A stretch of DNA of 64,000 nucleotides from positions 1 through 64,000 of the forward strand of contig JBBIVV010000005.1 in the NCBI GenBank assembly GCA_037439545.1, in the 5' to 3' direction. Shown in pieces: positions 28,703 to 37,709 of the stretch (positions are counted from its first letter, which is position 1; each line of letters begins with the position of its first letter). A program made the translations under genes and the position numbers. Under the pieces are notes generated by a model. That model was not told the origin of the DNA. It was given only the letters and a program-made list of their open reading frames with translations, and did not search any database. Origin of the DNA: a bacterium. GTDB taxonomy: Bacteria > JAMCPX01.

Positions 28703-30135
28703 TTGTGTTCCTCTTTTAATAATTTTTTTAATAATTCATTTACAATGGCCGGGTTTGCCTTACCGGCAGTTACCTTCATGACCTGCCCTACAAAAAACCC
28801 AAACACCTTGTCTTTGCCGGCACGATACTGTTCTACCTCTTTTTTGTTCTTTGCCATTATAGACAGGATAGCATCCCTTATTGCCGGTTCGTCCGATATC
28901 TGCTCCAGTCCGAGCTCCTTGATAAGACCATCGGGGTCTTTCCCCGTCAACACCATCTGTTCATAAACGGTTTTGGCAATCTTTCCGCTTATCGTTCCAT
29001 CGTCGACAAGACCCAAGAGCCTCGCTGTTTGAGGAGGCATAACTTTGAAGCTTTTTATGCCGGTATCGATGTCCTTTATGAATCTCAGCATCTCGCTCAT
29101 GATCCAGTTGCTGACGGTCTTTGGCTTATTGAATAATCGAACAGCGGTCTCAAAATAGTCCGCAAGGTCTCTTGATGCTGTGAGCACCTCCGCATCATAC
29201 GGCGGGAGGTTGTAATCTGAAACAAACCGTTTTGCTTTTGTATCGGGCAGTTCCGGAACGCCTCTGCGTGCCTCCTCCAGAAGTTCTTCGTTTACTTCAA
29301 GGGTAAGAAGATCCGGTTCGGGAAAATATCTATAGTCATGAGCCTCTTCTTTTGATCGCATCGACCTGGATATGTTTGCGGTCTCATCCCATAGCCTTGT
29401 TTCCTGCACTATGCTGCCGCCGTCGTCCAGTATGTCCATCTGCCTTTTTATTTCATAGTCGAGGGCTTTATGGATAAACCTGAAAGAGTTCATGTTCTTC
29501 AGTTCCGCTTTTACGCCAAGCTGCGTATCTCCTTTTGGTCTTACAGAAACGTTCGCATCACAGCGGAGGGATCCTTCCTCCATATTACCGTCGCATATAC
29601 CGAGATAAAGGAGTATGGTCCTCAGTTTTTTAAGATACGCAACGGCCTCGTCCGGTGTCGACATATCAGGCTCCGAAACAATTTCCACCAGCGGAATGCC
29701 CGACCTGTTAAAATCGACGAAGCTCGTTCCGTCCTGATTGTGCATGAGCTTTCCTGCATCTTCTTCTATGTGTATGCGGTTGAGTCTTATATCCTTGCTC
29801 GTGCCGTTTATCTGGATGTTTAGTATACCGTTTTTATTGATAGGCAGTTCATACTGGGAAATCTGATAGCCCTTTGGCAGATCAGGATAAAAATAGTTTT
29901 TCCGGGCAAAAACACTGTTTTTTGAAATAGTGCCTTGCACTGCTATTGCGAGCATGCATGCGTATAAAACAATATTTCTGTTCAGCACCGGCAGTACACC
30001 CGGCATACCGAGACACACAGGACATACATTTATATTCGGCTCCAATGCAAACACAGTCGAACATCCACAGAATGTCTTGGTCTGTGTCTTCAACTGTGCG
30101 TGAATCTCAAGTCCTATAACCGCTTCATATTCCAT
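28699..30135 (-). CDS. gatB: Asp-tRNA(Asn)/Glu-tRNA(Gln) amidotransferase subunit B
   Basis: IGLEIHAQL, RKNYFYPDLPKGYQISQ, EEDAGK, RSKEEAHDYRYFPEPDL and GFFVGQVMK...GKANP motifs. Confidence 0.97.
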   Translation of the reverse strand: MEYEAVIGLEIHAQLKTQTKTFCGCSTVFALEPNINVCPVCLGMPGVLPVLNRNIVLYACMLAIAVQGTISKNSVFARKNYFYPDLPKGYQISQYELPINKNGILNIQINGTSKDIRLNRIHIEEDAGKLMHNQDGTSFVDFNRSGIPLVEIVSEPDMSTPDEAVAYLKKLRTILLYLGICDGNMEEGSLRCDANVSVRPKGDTQLGVKAELKNMNSFRFIHKALDYEIKRQMDILDDGGSIVQETRLWDETANISRSMRSKEEAHDYRYFPEPDLLTLEVNEELLEEARRGVPELPDTKAKRFVSDYNLPPYDAEVLTASRDLADYFETAVRLFNKPKTVSNWIMSEMLRFIKDIDTGIKSFKVMPPQTARLLGLVDDGTISGKIAKTVYEQMVLTGKDPDGLIKELGLEQISDEPAIRDAILSIMAKNKKEVEQYRAGKDKVFGFFVGQVMKVTAGKANPAIVNELLKKLLKEEHK

Positions 30136-30207
30136 GAACAACCTCAACTATTTTTATTGATGCACATAGTTACATGTTTTTTATTTTAAATCAACGAAGA
30201 AAGCGAT

Positions 30208-30475
30208 CTATAAACGCACTTGCTTTGGCCAAAAAAATGCAACAACCTGAAAAATACCTCTTAAATTGGGGAGCGTCTTGCCTTTTGTCAAAAGGGTATT
30301 AAGAAATCGGACATTTATGAACAACCCGGTACCGAGTAAAACAGCGGCCAGCAGCCATACAGCCCTGTACCCTGCAAGAGCGGCGATACCTCCGCCTGCC
30401 AGAGAACCGATAATGGCCGCGGCACCGCTCAAAGGGTTGTACAGCCCCATTGCCTCGCCTTCACCTATGGGAAAG
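30208..30475 (-). pseudogene. C-terminal remnant of an MFS transporter
   Basis: The frame reads PIGEGEAMGLYN...IIGSLAGG.IA..AGY..VW, which resembles the last two helices of an MFS protein. There is an in-frame stop shortly upstream and no N-terminal part. Confidence 0.5.
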
Positions 30476-30618
30476 AAAACCCATAGCCCAGCTCAAGGAA
30501 TGCCTCTACGAGATTCGACAATTGTTTGACTTGAGGTTCGAAATGAAGGAAACTTAATATGCTTCATACACAATTTTAAGGGGTAGTCTCGCCTCTGCCG
30601 GAGAGGTGATAAAATCGG

Positions 30619-30642
30619 AGGGGCGGTTCGTAAACCGCCCTT
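30619..30642. repeat. REP-like GC-rich hairpin
   Basis: GGGCGGTT-CGTA-AACCGCCC has a perfect 8-bp stem and resembles GTAGGGGCG...CGCCCCTAC-type REPs. Confidence 0.5.
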
Positions 30643-30751
30643 TAACGGTTACGCTGGCCGTGGTTTCTCCATCGGGATATGCTTGCAAAATCTCCCGCTT
30701 TGGCATATCCTGCTCATAAGTGCACGACTCTTAAAAAAAGGAGGGATGCAT

Positions 30752-32671
30752 ATGACAAGATATTCCCGGGATCATCCGGCAGGCGAACCCATCACCGATA
30801 TCAAGGAAGATTATGGACATGTAAAAAGGATGAACAGGCTGTACAATGTCCTGAGCAAGATAAATGGATTCATAATCAGAGTCAATAACATCAACGAATT
30901 GTTAGAGAGTATTTGTCCGATCATAGTTGATGACGGAGGGTTTAAATTTGCATGGATCGGCATCCTGGACAAGGAAACAAAAGAGATAAGACTTGCTGCA
31001 CTATGGGGCGAGGGTGAAGCTTATATAAGAGATTTGAAATTCTCCATACAACCGGACCTGCCCGGGGGCACGAGTCCCACGGGAACCGCAATAAGGGAAA
31101 ACCGCATCGTATCAAGCGATGACATCGAGCACGATGCCAGGATGCTGAACTGGAGAAGAAGGGCACTGACTTTCGGCTTCAAGGCATACGCAGCCATACC
31201 GATAAGCATGGATAACGAGGTAATAGGTGCGGTTACCCTGTATGCAGACACACCGTTCACCTTTGGAAAAGAAGAAATACGCCTGCTCGAGGAGATTGCC
31301 GGAGACATATCCTTTGCCATGGGGAATACCGCCAAGCTTCTGAAAGCAAAGTATACGCTTATTTTCGATCCCCTGACCGGTTTGCTGACCCGGGAACATA
31401 TACTGCAGGAGCTACAGAGGCTTATAGAGAGTTCATCTCAATCCGGAGAACGGTTAACCTTCATAGTTATGGATATCGACAGATTCAAAAGTGTAAACGA
31501 GTCCATAGGTTACGCAAAGGGTGACCTCCTATTAAAGGAGATCGCAAAAAAGCTCGCTTCTGTAATAAAAACCCCCAATATGCTTGGCAGGATTAGCGCC
31601 GATGAGTTCGCGGTCATAGGGTGCGACATAAAGGACGATGAATCCATATACAGGACGATAGAAAACATAAACACCGCCTTTTCAAAACCTCTTGCGACAG
31701 GCAGTGAAGAGGTACTCATAACCTTCAGCATGGGTATATCCCTCTATCCTGATGACGGCAGCACTGGTGAAGAATTGATAAAGCTTGCCGAGGCATCGCT
31801 TTCCCAGGCAAAAAAATTGGGTACAAACAGCCTCGTAACCTACTCCCCTGCAATCAACAAGAGGCTTTCAGAGATCATAAAGATGAAGAACAAGCTGATA
31901 AAGGCATTAGAGAACCATGAGTTCATCGTGTACTACGAGCCAAAGATAAATATTCAGACCAATACACTCTCTGGTGTAGAGGCACTTTTACGGTGGCAGG
32001 ACCCTGAAGAGGGACTGGTGAGGCCTACAAGGTTCGTGCCGATCCTTGAAGAAACGGGTATGATCCTGAAAGTCGGGCAATGGGTACTGAAAGAAGCCTC
32101 GAAACAGGTGCAGCAATGGAGCAAGAAAGGGTATAACTTTAAGCTTGCAGTCAACATATCGGCTGCACAGTTGGAGCAGGATGATTTTGCAAGTATGATA
32201 ATAATGGAAATAAAAGATACAGGCCTGAATCCGTCTAATCTTGAACTCGAAATAACCGAAAGCCTGTTGATGAAAAATGTGGAAAGGAATATAGAAAAAA
32301 TTCTGCAGGTAAAGGACTACGGTATTGCGGTATCCATTGACGACTTCGGCACCGGATACTCCTCCCTTGCGTACCTTAAAAGACTACCGATAAACACTTT
32401 GAAGATAGATATCTCTTTCATAAAAACTCTGCCGGATGACAAAGAAACAGCCAAGATTATCGAGACAATAATCTCCCTTGCCGGTGTTTTCAACCTTAAG
32501 ACTATTGCAGAAGGCATAGACTCACAAGAGCAGATTAATTTCCTGAAAAAGGCAGGGTGCGACGAAGTGCAGGGCTACTATTTTACGAAGCCCCTGCCAG
32601 CAAAGAAATTCGAGGAATTTATGGCAAACTTTCACAGAGATTTTTCTGACCCTGCGGGATCAAAATCTTAA
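30752..32671 (+). CDS. GAF-GGDEF-EAL protein, probable c-di-GMP phosphodiesterase
   Basis: GAF domain, degenerate GGDEF (SADEF) and intact EAL motifs (EALLRW, ELEITES, DDFGTGYSSL, QGYYF). ATG 30752 follows AGGAGG. Confidence 0.9.
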   Translation: MTRYSRDHPAGEPITDIKEDYGHVKRMNRLYNVLSKINGFIIRVNNINELLESICPIIVDDGGFKFAWIGILDKETKEIRLAALWGEGEAYIRDLKFSIQPDLPGGTSPTGTAIRENRIVSSDDIEHDARMLNWRRRALTFGFKAYAAIPISMDNEVIGAVTLYADTPFTFGKEEIRLLEEIAGDISFAMGNTAKLLKAKYTLIFDPLTGLLTREHILQELQRLIESSSQSGERLTFIVMDIDRFKSVNESIGYAKGDLLLKEIAKKLASVIKTPNMLGRISADEFAVIGCDIKDDESIYRTIENINTAFSKPLATGSEEVLITFSMGISLYPDDGSTGEELIKLAEASLSQAKKLGTNSLVTYSPAINKRLSEIIKMKNKLIKALENHEFIVYYEPKINIQTNTLSGVEALLRWQDPEEGLVRPTRFVPILEETGMILKVGQWVLKEASKQVQQWSKKGYNFKLAVNISAAQLEQDDFASMIIMEIKDTGLNPSNLELEITESLLMKNVERNIEKILQVKDYGIAVSIDDFGTGYSSLAYLKRLPINTLKIDISFIKTLPDDKETAKIIETIISLAGVFNLKTIAEGIDSQEQINFLKKAGCDEVQGYYFTKPLPAKKFEEFMANFHRDFSDPAGSKS

Positions 32672-32686
32672 CAGGAGGGTACAACC

Positions 32687-33676
32687 ATGAAAATACCGGC
32701 AAAATACTGTAAAAAAGAAAACAATAACAGAGTCAGGTGCATTCTGTGCCCTTACGATTGTTTGATAGGGGATGGACACAGGGGGGTTTGTGGTATCAGA
32801 CGCAATGAAAACGGCGTCCTTATGGCGGAAACATACAATAGTGTCAGTGCCATGCACCTTGATCCCATAGAAAAAAAGCCGCTGTATCAGTTCTATCCCG
32901 GCTCATCCATCCTGTCCGTCGGTACTATCGGATGCAGCTTCCACTGCATGTTCTGCCAGAACTGGGAGCTCGTGGAAGGCGAGGTTTCCACACACGAGAT
33001 TACCAAGGAACAGTTATATGTTTATGCCGTGGACATGGATTCCATCGGCATCGCCTATACGTACAATGAACCTTTTATATGGTTCGAGTTTATCTATGAT
33101 ACTGCAAAGTTTTTTCATGAAAAGGGCATGGTAAACGTACTTGTGACGAACGGGTTTGTCAATCCGGGACCCCTTGAAGAACTTGCCCCCCACATCGATG
33201 CAATGAACATAGACCTGAAAGCGCTGGACGATGATTTCTATAAAAGGTTGTGCAAGGGCAAGTTAGACCCTGTGAAACATACCATTGAATACGTAATAAA
33301 AAAGGGCATACACGTTGAGTTAACCAACCTGCTTGTGACTGGCTATAATACATCGGAGGATCAAATAAAACGGCTGGTTGATTACGTTGCTTCTCTCGGC
33401 AGGGACACGATCCTTCATTTTTCCCGTTACTTTCCGAATTACAAGCTCGATGTTCCTGCAACACCGATGGAAGTCCTCGAGTTTGCATATAACTATGCAC
33501 GTAAGAAGCTCAACTACGTTTATATGGGCAATGTGATTGACAGCAAGGCAGACAGCACGTACTGTCCGAAGTGCAAGAACCTGTTGATAGAGAGGGTCGG
33601 ATATACGGTCAGAGTAACGGGATTGAAAGGGGACACATGTTCGAAATGCGGCGAGCGGATCAATATCAGGATATGA
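32687..33676 (+). CDS. AmmeMemoRadiSam-system radical SAM enzyme (PflA-like)
   Basis: N-terminal C..CP..C......G.CG.R, DPIEKKPL, CSFHCMFCQN (CxxxCxxC), YTYNEP and C-terminal CPKC...CSKC. Confidence 0.88.
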   Translation: MKIPAKYCKKENNNRVRCILCPYDCLIGDGHRGVCGIRRNENGVLMAETYNSVSAMHLDPIEKKPLYQFYPGSSILSVGTIGCSFHCMFCQNWELVEGEVSTHEITKEQLYVYAVDMDSIGIAYTYNEPFIWFEFIYDTAKFFHEKGMVNVLVTNGFVNPGPLEELAPHIDAMNIDLKALDDDFYKRLCKGKLDPVKHTIEYVIKKGIHVELTNLLVTGYNTSEDQIKRLVDYVASLGRDTILHFSRYFPNYKLDVPATPMEVLEFAYNYARKKLNYVYMGNVIDSKADSTYCPKCKNLLIERVGYTVRVTGLKGDTCSKCGERINIRI

Positions 33677-33728
33677 GCAGTCAAGCAAACTTCCCTGTTG
33701 TATTTTTCGGGACAACCTTTAAAACCTC

Positions 33729-34967
33729 ATGAGAATAATAGCGGATCTGCACGTTCACTCCAAATACAGCAGGGCGACCAGCAAGAATATGGACGCCGAC
33801 AGCATTGCTTTGTGGGCCAAACGTAAAGGTATAAATCTTGTCGGCACGGGCGATTTTACCCACCCGGCATATCTGAAAGAACTTAAAAAAAGCCTCACTC
33901 CATCTGCGCACGGTCTTTTCAAACTGAAGAAATCAAAAAGCGGCGTTCATTTTATGCTGACGACGGAGTTAAGCAATATTTACTCCTACAAGGGCAGGAC
34001 GAGACGCATCCATAACATCCTTTTTGCTCCGTCCTTTGAGTCCGTTGACAAAATCACCAAAGCCCTTTCAAAGTTCGGCAGACTTGACTATGACGGAAGA
34101 CCAATATTCGGATTCAATGCAAAAGATCTTGTTAAACTTGTTCTGGATGCCTCGGATTTGTGTATGGTAGTTCCGGCACACGCATGGACGCCGTGGTATT
34201 CCGTCTTCGGCTCCAATTCTGGGTTCGATTCCCTTGAAGAATGTTTTGAAGAGCAGGCAGTGCATATCCATGCAATTGAGACAGGTCTGTCGTCCGATCC
34301 TCCCATGAACTGGAGACTGGGATCTCTCGACGCCATAACCCTTATTTCAAACTCCGATGCACATTCTCCGGAAAAGCTCGGCAGGGAGGCAAACGTATTC
34401 GAATGCGAAATGTCCTATGAAGACATTATTACGGCCATAAAAAGCAAGGACAAAAACCGTTTTCTCTCTACAATTGAATTTTTTCCCGAAGAAGGGAAAT
34501 ACCATTTTGACGGCCACCGCAGCTGCAAGGTCAGCTTTTCTCCGCAGCAAACGAATCAGCATGGCGGGCTGTGTCCTGTCTGCGGCAGACCGTTAACAAT
34601 CGGCGTTCTCAACCGTATCGACAAACTCGCTGACAGGAAAGACGGCTTTATACCCGAAAACGCCATTCCGTTCAAACACCTTATTCCCCTGAAGGAGATC
34701 ATGTCCGATGTACTGTCCGTGGGAGTAAATAGTGTGAGAATAAATAAACTTTACACAGAGGTCGTCATAGACAAAAATATACCGGAACTGGACATTTTGC
34801 AGGATACTCCGGAGCATGAATTAAAACGACTGTTTCCGGAGACTATTTTTAATGGAATCATGAAGGTCAGGAATGGATTGGTGGATATCGCACCGGGCTA
34901 TGACGGCGAATACGGCAGAATCGGCATCAAGACGGATACCGGACAAGCATCTCACCATCACTGTTGA
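33729..34967 (+). CDS. Endonuclease Q-family PHP-domain protein
   Basis: DLHVHSKYSRATS, GTGDFTHP, PAHAWTPW, SNSDAHS, GKYHFDGHRSC, CPVCG and PGYDGEYG motifs. Confidence 0.88.
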   Translation: MRIIADLHVHSKYSRATSKNMDADSIALWAKRKGINLVGTGDFTHPAYLKELKKSLTPSAHGLFKLKKSKSGVHFMLTTELSNIYSYKGRTRRIHNILFAPSFESVDKITKALSKFGRLDYDGRPIFGFNAKDLVKLVLDASDLCMVVPAHAWTPWYSVFGSNSGFDSLEECFEEQAVHIHAIETGLSSDPPMNWRLGSLDAITLISNSDAHSPEKLGREANVFECEMSYEDIITAIKSKDKNRFLSTIEFFPEEGKYHFDGHRSCKVSFSPQQTNQHGGLCPVCGRPLTIGVLNRIDKLADRKDGFIPENAIPFKHLIPLKEIMSDVLSVGVNSVRINKLYTEVVIDKNIPELDILQDTPEHELKRLFPETIFNGIMKVRNGLVDIAPGYDGEYGRIGIKTDTGQASHHHC

Positions 34968-35069
34968 TATACCGCAGATCTGATTGACTTGTTCCATGGT
35001 TATTATACCTATTATAAGTAGTATTGAGAATTTTACATGTTTTATAGTTCCCTATCCAAGGAGGAAAAG

Positions 35070-36620
35070 ATGCACAGATGCAGTAAAAGAACATTGTTTC
35101 TCGTTTTTATCGTGATAACACTTCCGATCCTGTTTGCCTCATGCTCCGGTGAAAAAAAATCTTCTTCACTGCAGCCGCCGACTACCAAAACGCTCAGCTG
35201 GATAAAGGAAAATAACGGTGTGCCGGTGGATCAGTACGGGAGGCAGATTCTGCTCCATGGCGTCAATGCAAAATTCGAAGACCTTTTTGACGTGACATTC
35301 AGCGACGGACGCACACGGAATGAAGACCTCGCGAGCTTTACCGATGCCCAGATTCAGCAAATGGCTTATCTGGGATTTAATTTTATCCGTCTTGCAATTA
35401 ACTGGAGCGGGCTTGAGCCTACAGAGGGCACCTTTAATTATTCCAATCTCAAACTTCTGGACAGCGTTTTGCAGAGTGCACAAAACGCCGGCATCTATGT
35501 GCTTATAGACTATCACGAAGACGCCTATTCAAAAGAGATCGGAGAGGACGGGGCCCCTCTATGGGCAATCATACCGACACCGACTGCGGCAGAACTTCTC
35601 AGCGGACCGATTGCGTATGGACCATCGCTTTCCTGTCCTTGCTATGATCTTAATCTGAGACGCACCTCTGCACTGGTCCTCAATGCATTTAATTCCTTCT
35701 GGGAAAACGCCGATAATATTCAGAACCGTTTTATGCCGGTATGGCAGCTCGTTGCATCGAGGTACGCAAACAATCCTGCGGTCATCGGTTATGAAGATAT
35801 GAACGAGCCTGTTGCAATACAGACACCCAATGGGTCCCAATTGCTTGACAATTTTCATGTAAATGCTTCAAAGGCTCTCCGCAAGGTCGATACCAATCAT
35901 CTGTTCTGGCTTGAACCCGAGGTGACAACCCGTAATTTTTCACTGAAGGCACCGCTGCGTTCTGCTCCTTTCCCGGATAAGAACATCGTTTATGCATTTC
36001 ATCTCTACCCGGGACTGGCAGGGGTTAATTTTTCAACCTATGCGGATTGGTACAACGGATTGACCGCAACATTTAATTCGGGCATTGCAGAAGCTCAATC
36101 CTACGGTGCTGTGCCGGTACTTAACGAATGGGGCACCAACCTTCACCAGGCGGATCAAATACCCTATATAGAGGCTCTTCTGGAACTTGCAGATGAAAGG
36201 TTCATGGGCAATGCATTCTGGAGCTGGACGGACTTCGGAGATAGTGCCGTGGATTCATGGGGATGCTATTCGTGGGATTACTCGATAAACGGATTTACGG
36301 CATCGGAACCAGGCCTCGATGCGCTTTCAAAACCATATATGCTTGCAGTACCCGGACGGTTTGTCAGCAATGTTTTTGATCATACTGCCGATACACTGAC
36401 CGTTACGTTCAAGGCAAACGGCGGTGAAGGTGCTCCGCTTGTCTATATACCGCAGCAGACTTATACAAACGGGTTTATCGTACTGCTCGATAATAACCCT
36501 GTAGATGTTACCATTGATCCGTATACGCAGCGCGTATTGATACCATGGCATGGACAGGCCGGGCAACATACAGTAACCGTCGAGCCGAAACCTGCACAGG
36601 TACCGGTGTTAAACAATTGA
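35070..36620 (+). CDS. GH5 glycoside hydrolase lipoprotein, endoglycoceramidase-like
   Basis: Lipobox LFAS-C, D.YGRQILLHGVN, WSGLEP..G, DYHED.YS, DGAPLWA, NEP (acid/base), NEWG (nucleophile) and a C-terminal beta-sandwich. ATG 35070 follows AGGAGG. Confidence 0.8.
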   Translation: MHRCSKRTLFLVFIVITLPILFASCSGEKKSSSLQPPTTKTLSWIKENNGVPVDQYGRQILLHGVNAKFEDLFDVTFSDGRTRNEDLASFTDAQIQQMAYLGFNFIRLAINWSGLEPTEGTFNYSNLKLLDSVLQSAQNAGIYVLIDYHEDAYSKEIGEDGAPLWAIIPTPTAAELLSGPIAYGPSLSCPCYDLNLRRTSALVLNAFNSFWENADNIQNRFMPVWQLVASRYANNPAVIGYEDMNEPVAIQTPNGSQLLDNFHVNASKALRKVDTNHLFWLEPEVTTRNFSLKAPLRSAPFPDKNIVYAFHLYPGLAGVNFSTYADWYNGLTATFNSGIAEAQSYGAVPVLNEWGTNLHQADQIPYIEALLELADERFMGNAFWSWTDFGDSAVDSWGCYSWDYSINGFTASEPGLDALSKPYMLAVPGRFVSNVFDHTADTLTVTFKANGGEGAPLVYIPQQTYTNGFIVLLDNNPVDVTIDPYTQRVLIPWHGQAGQHTVTVEPKPAQVPVLNN

Positions 36621-36660
36621 AAATATAGCAGGAATGATGCAGACTTATAAAACACGATGC

Positions 36661-36733
36661 TCCCAAATCCTAAATTCTAAACAATGTTAAAGCCGACAAT
36701 GTTCAGGATTTAGATATCGGGATTTCGGATTTA
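36661..36733. repeat. Inverted heptamer-repeat hairpin
   Basis: CCCAAATCCTAAATTCTAAACAAT pairs with TGTTCAGGATTTAGATATCGGGATTTCGGATTT. Same family as 19426-19548. Confidence 0.6.
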
Positions 36734-36749
36734 TGAAACAGGAGGTATT

Positions 36750-37673
36750 ATGGGCCTTGTAAACCTGAACAGTGTTCTGAAAAAAGCGAAAGAGCAGGGC
36801 TATGCTGTCGGTGCATTCAATTTCGTCAATATGGAGATGCTTCAGGGCATTATAGATGCGGCTATCGAAATGCACTCGCCTGTGATAATCCAGACAACGG
36901 AAGGCGCCCTTGAATATGCGGGTATCGGGTATCTTGCAGCTATAGCCAAAATGGCGGCAGAAACAGCTTCTGTAGATATCGTGCTTCATCTCGATCACGG
37001 CAAGCACCTTGAGACAGTAATGCTCGCAATCAGGCACGGCTACACATCCGTTATGATGGATGCATCGGACAAAACGTACGGTGAGAACCTGACCATCACA
37101 AAAGAAGTGGTAAGGCTTGCCCATCCGGTCGGTGTATCCGTCGAAGCCGAGCTCGGCAAACTGAAAGGCATCGAAGATAATGTAAAAGTAGGCGATGCAG
37201 AGGCATCGCTTGTTGATCCCGAAGAGGCAAAGGCCTTTGCTGAAGCCACGGGTATCGATGCTCTTGCGCCTGCAATAGGCACATCACACGGTGCATTTAA
37301 ATTCAAAGGAATTCCAAGGCTTGATCTGGAAAGACTCGAACGCGTTGCACACCTGACAGGTATACCCCTTGTGCTTCACGGTGCTTCCAGTGTGCCTTCC
37401 GGTATAATAGAAAAAGCGAACAAGTACGGTGCAAATATCAAAGGTGCTGCAGGTGTACCGGACGATATTTTGAAACAGGCAATAAAAAGGGGTATATGCA
37501 AGGTGAATACCGATACAGACCTGAGGCTTTCTTTTACCGCGGGCATACGGGAAATCTTTGTCACAAAACCCGAGGTGTTTGATATCAGGGACATACTTGG
37601 ACCTGCGCGGCAGGCGGTAAAATCGATGGTCTTAAGCAGAATAGGGGTGTTCGGATCAGAAGGCAAAGGATAA
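36750..37673 (+). CDS. fba: Class II fructose-1,6-bisphosphate aldolase
   Basis: YAVGAFN, HLDHG, SVMMDAS, VEAELG, GTSHGAFK, LVLHGAS and KVNTDTD motifs. Confidence 0.93.
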   Translation: MGLVNLNSVLKKAKEQGYAVGAFNFVNMEMLQGIIDAAIEMHSPVIIQTTEGALEYAGIGYLAAIAKMAAETASVDIVLHLDHGKHLETVMLAIRHGYTSVMMDASDKTYGENLTITKEVVRLAHPVGVSVEAELGKLKGIEDNVKVGDAEASLVDPEEAKAFAEATGIDALAPAIGTSHGAFKFKGIPRLDLERLERVAHLTGIPLVLHGASSVPSGIIEKANKYGANIKGAAGVPDDILKQAIKRGICKVNTDTDLRLSFTAGIREIFVTKPEVFDIRDILGPARQAVKSMVLSRIGVFGSEGKG

Positions 37674-37709
37674 GCATTAAAATCCTGTGAGCACATTCGC
37701 TCAACCCTG

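Noticed and set aside
30700..30715. Possible sigma54 promoter TGGCATATCCTGC
   Set aside because: The GG-to-GC spacing is 8 nt rather than the required 10.
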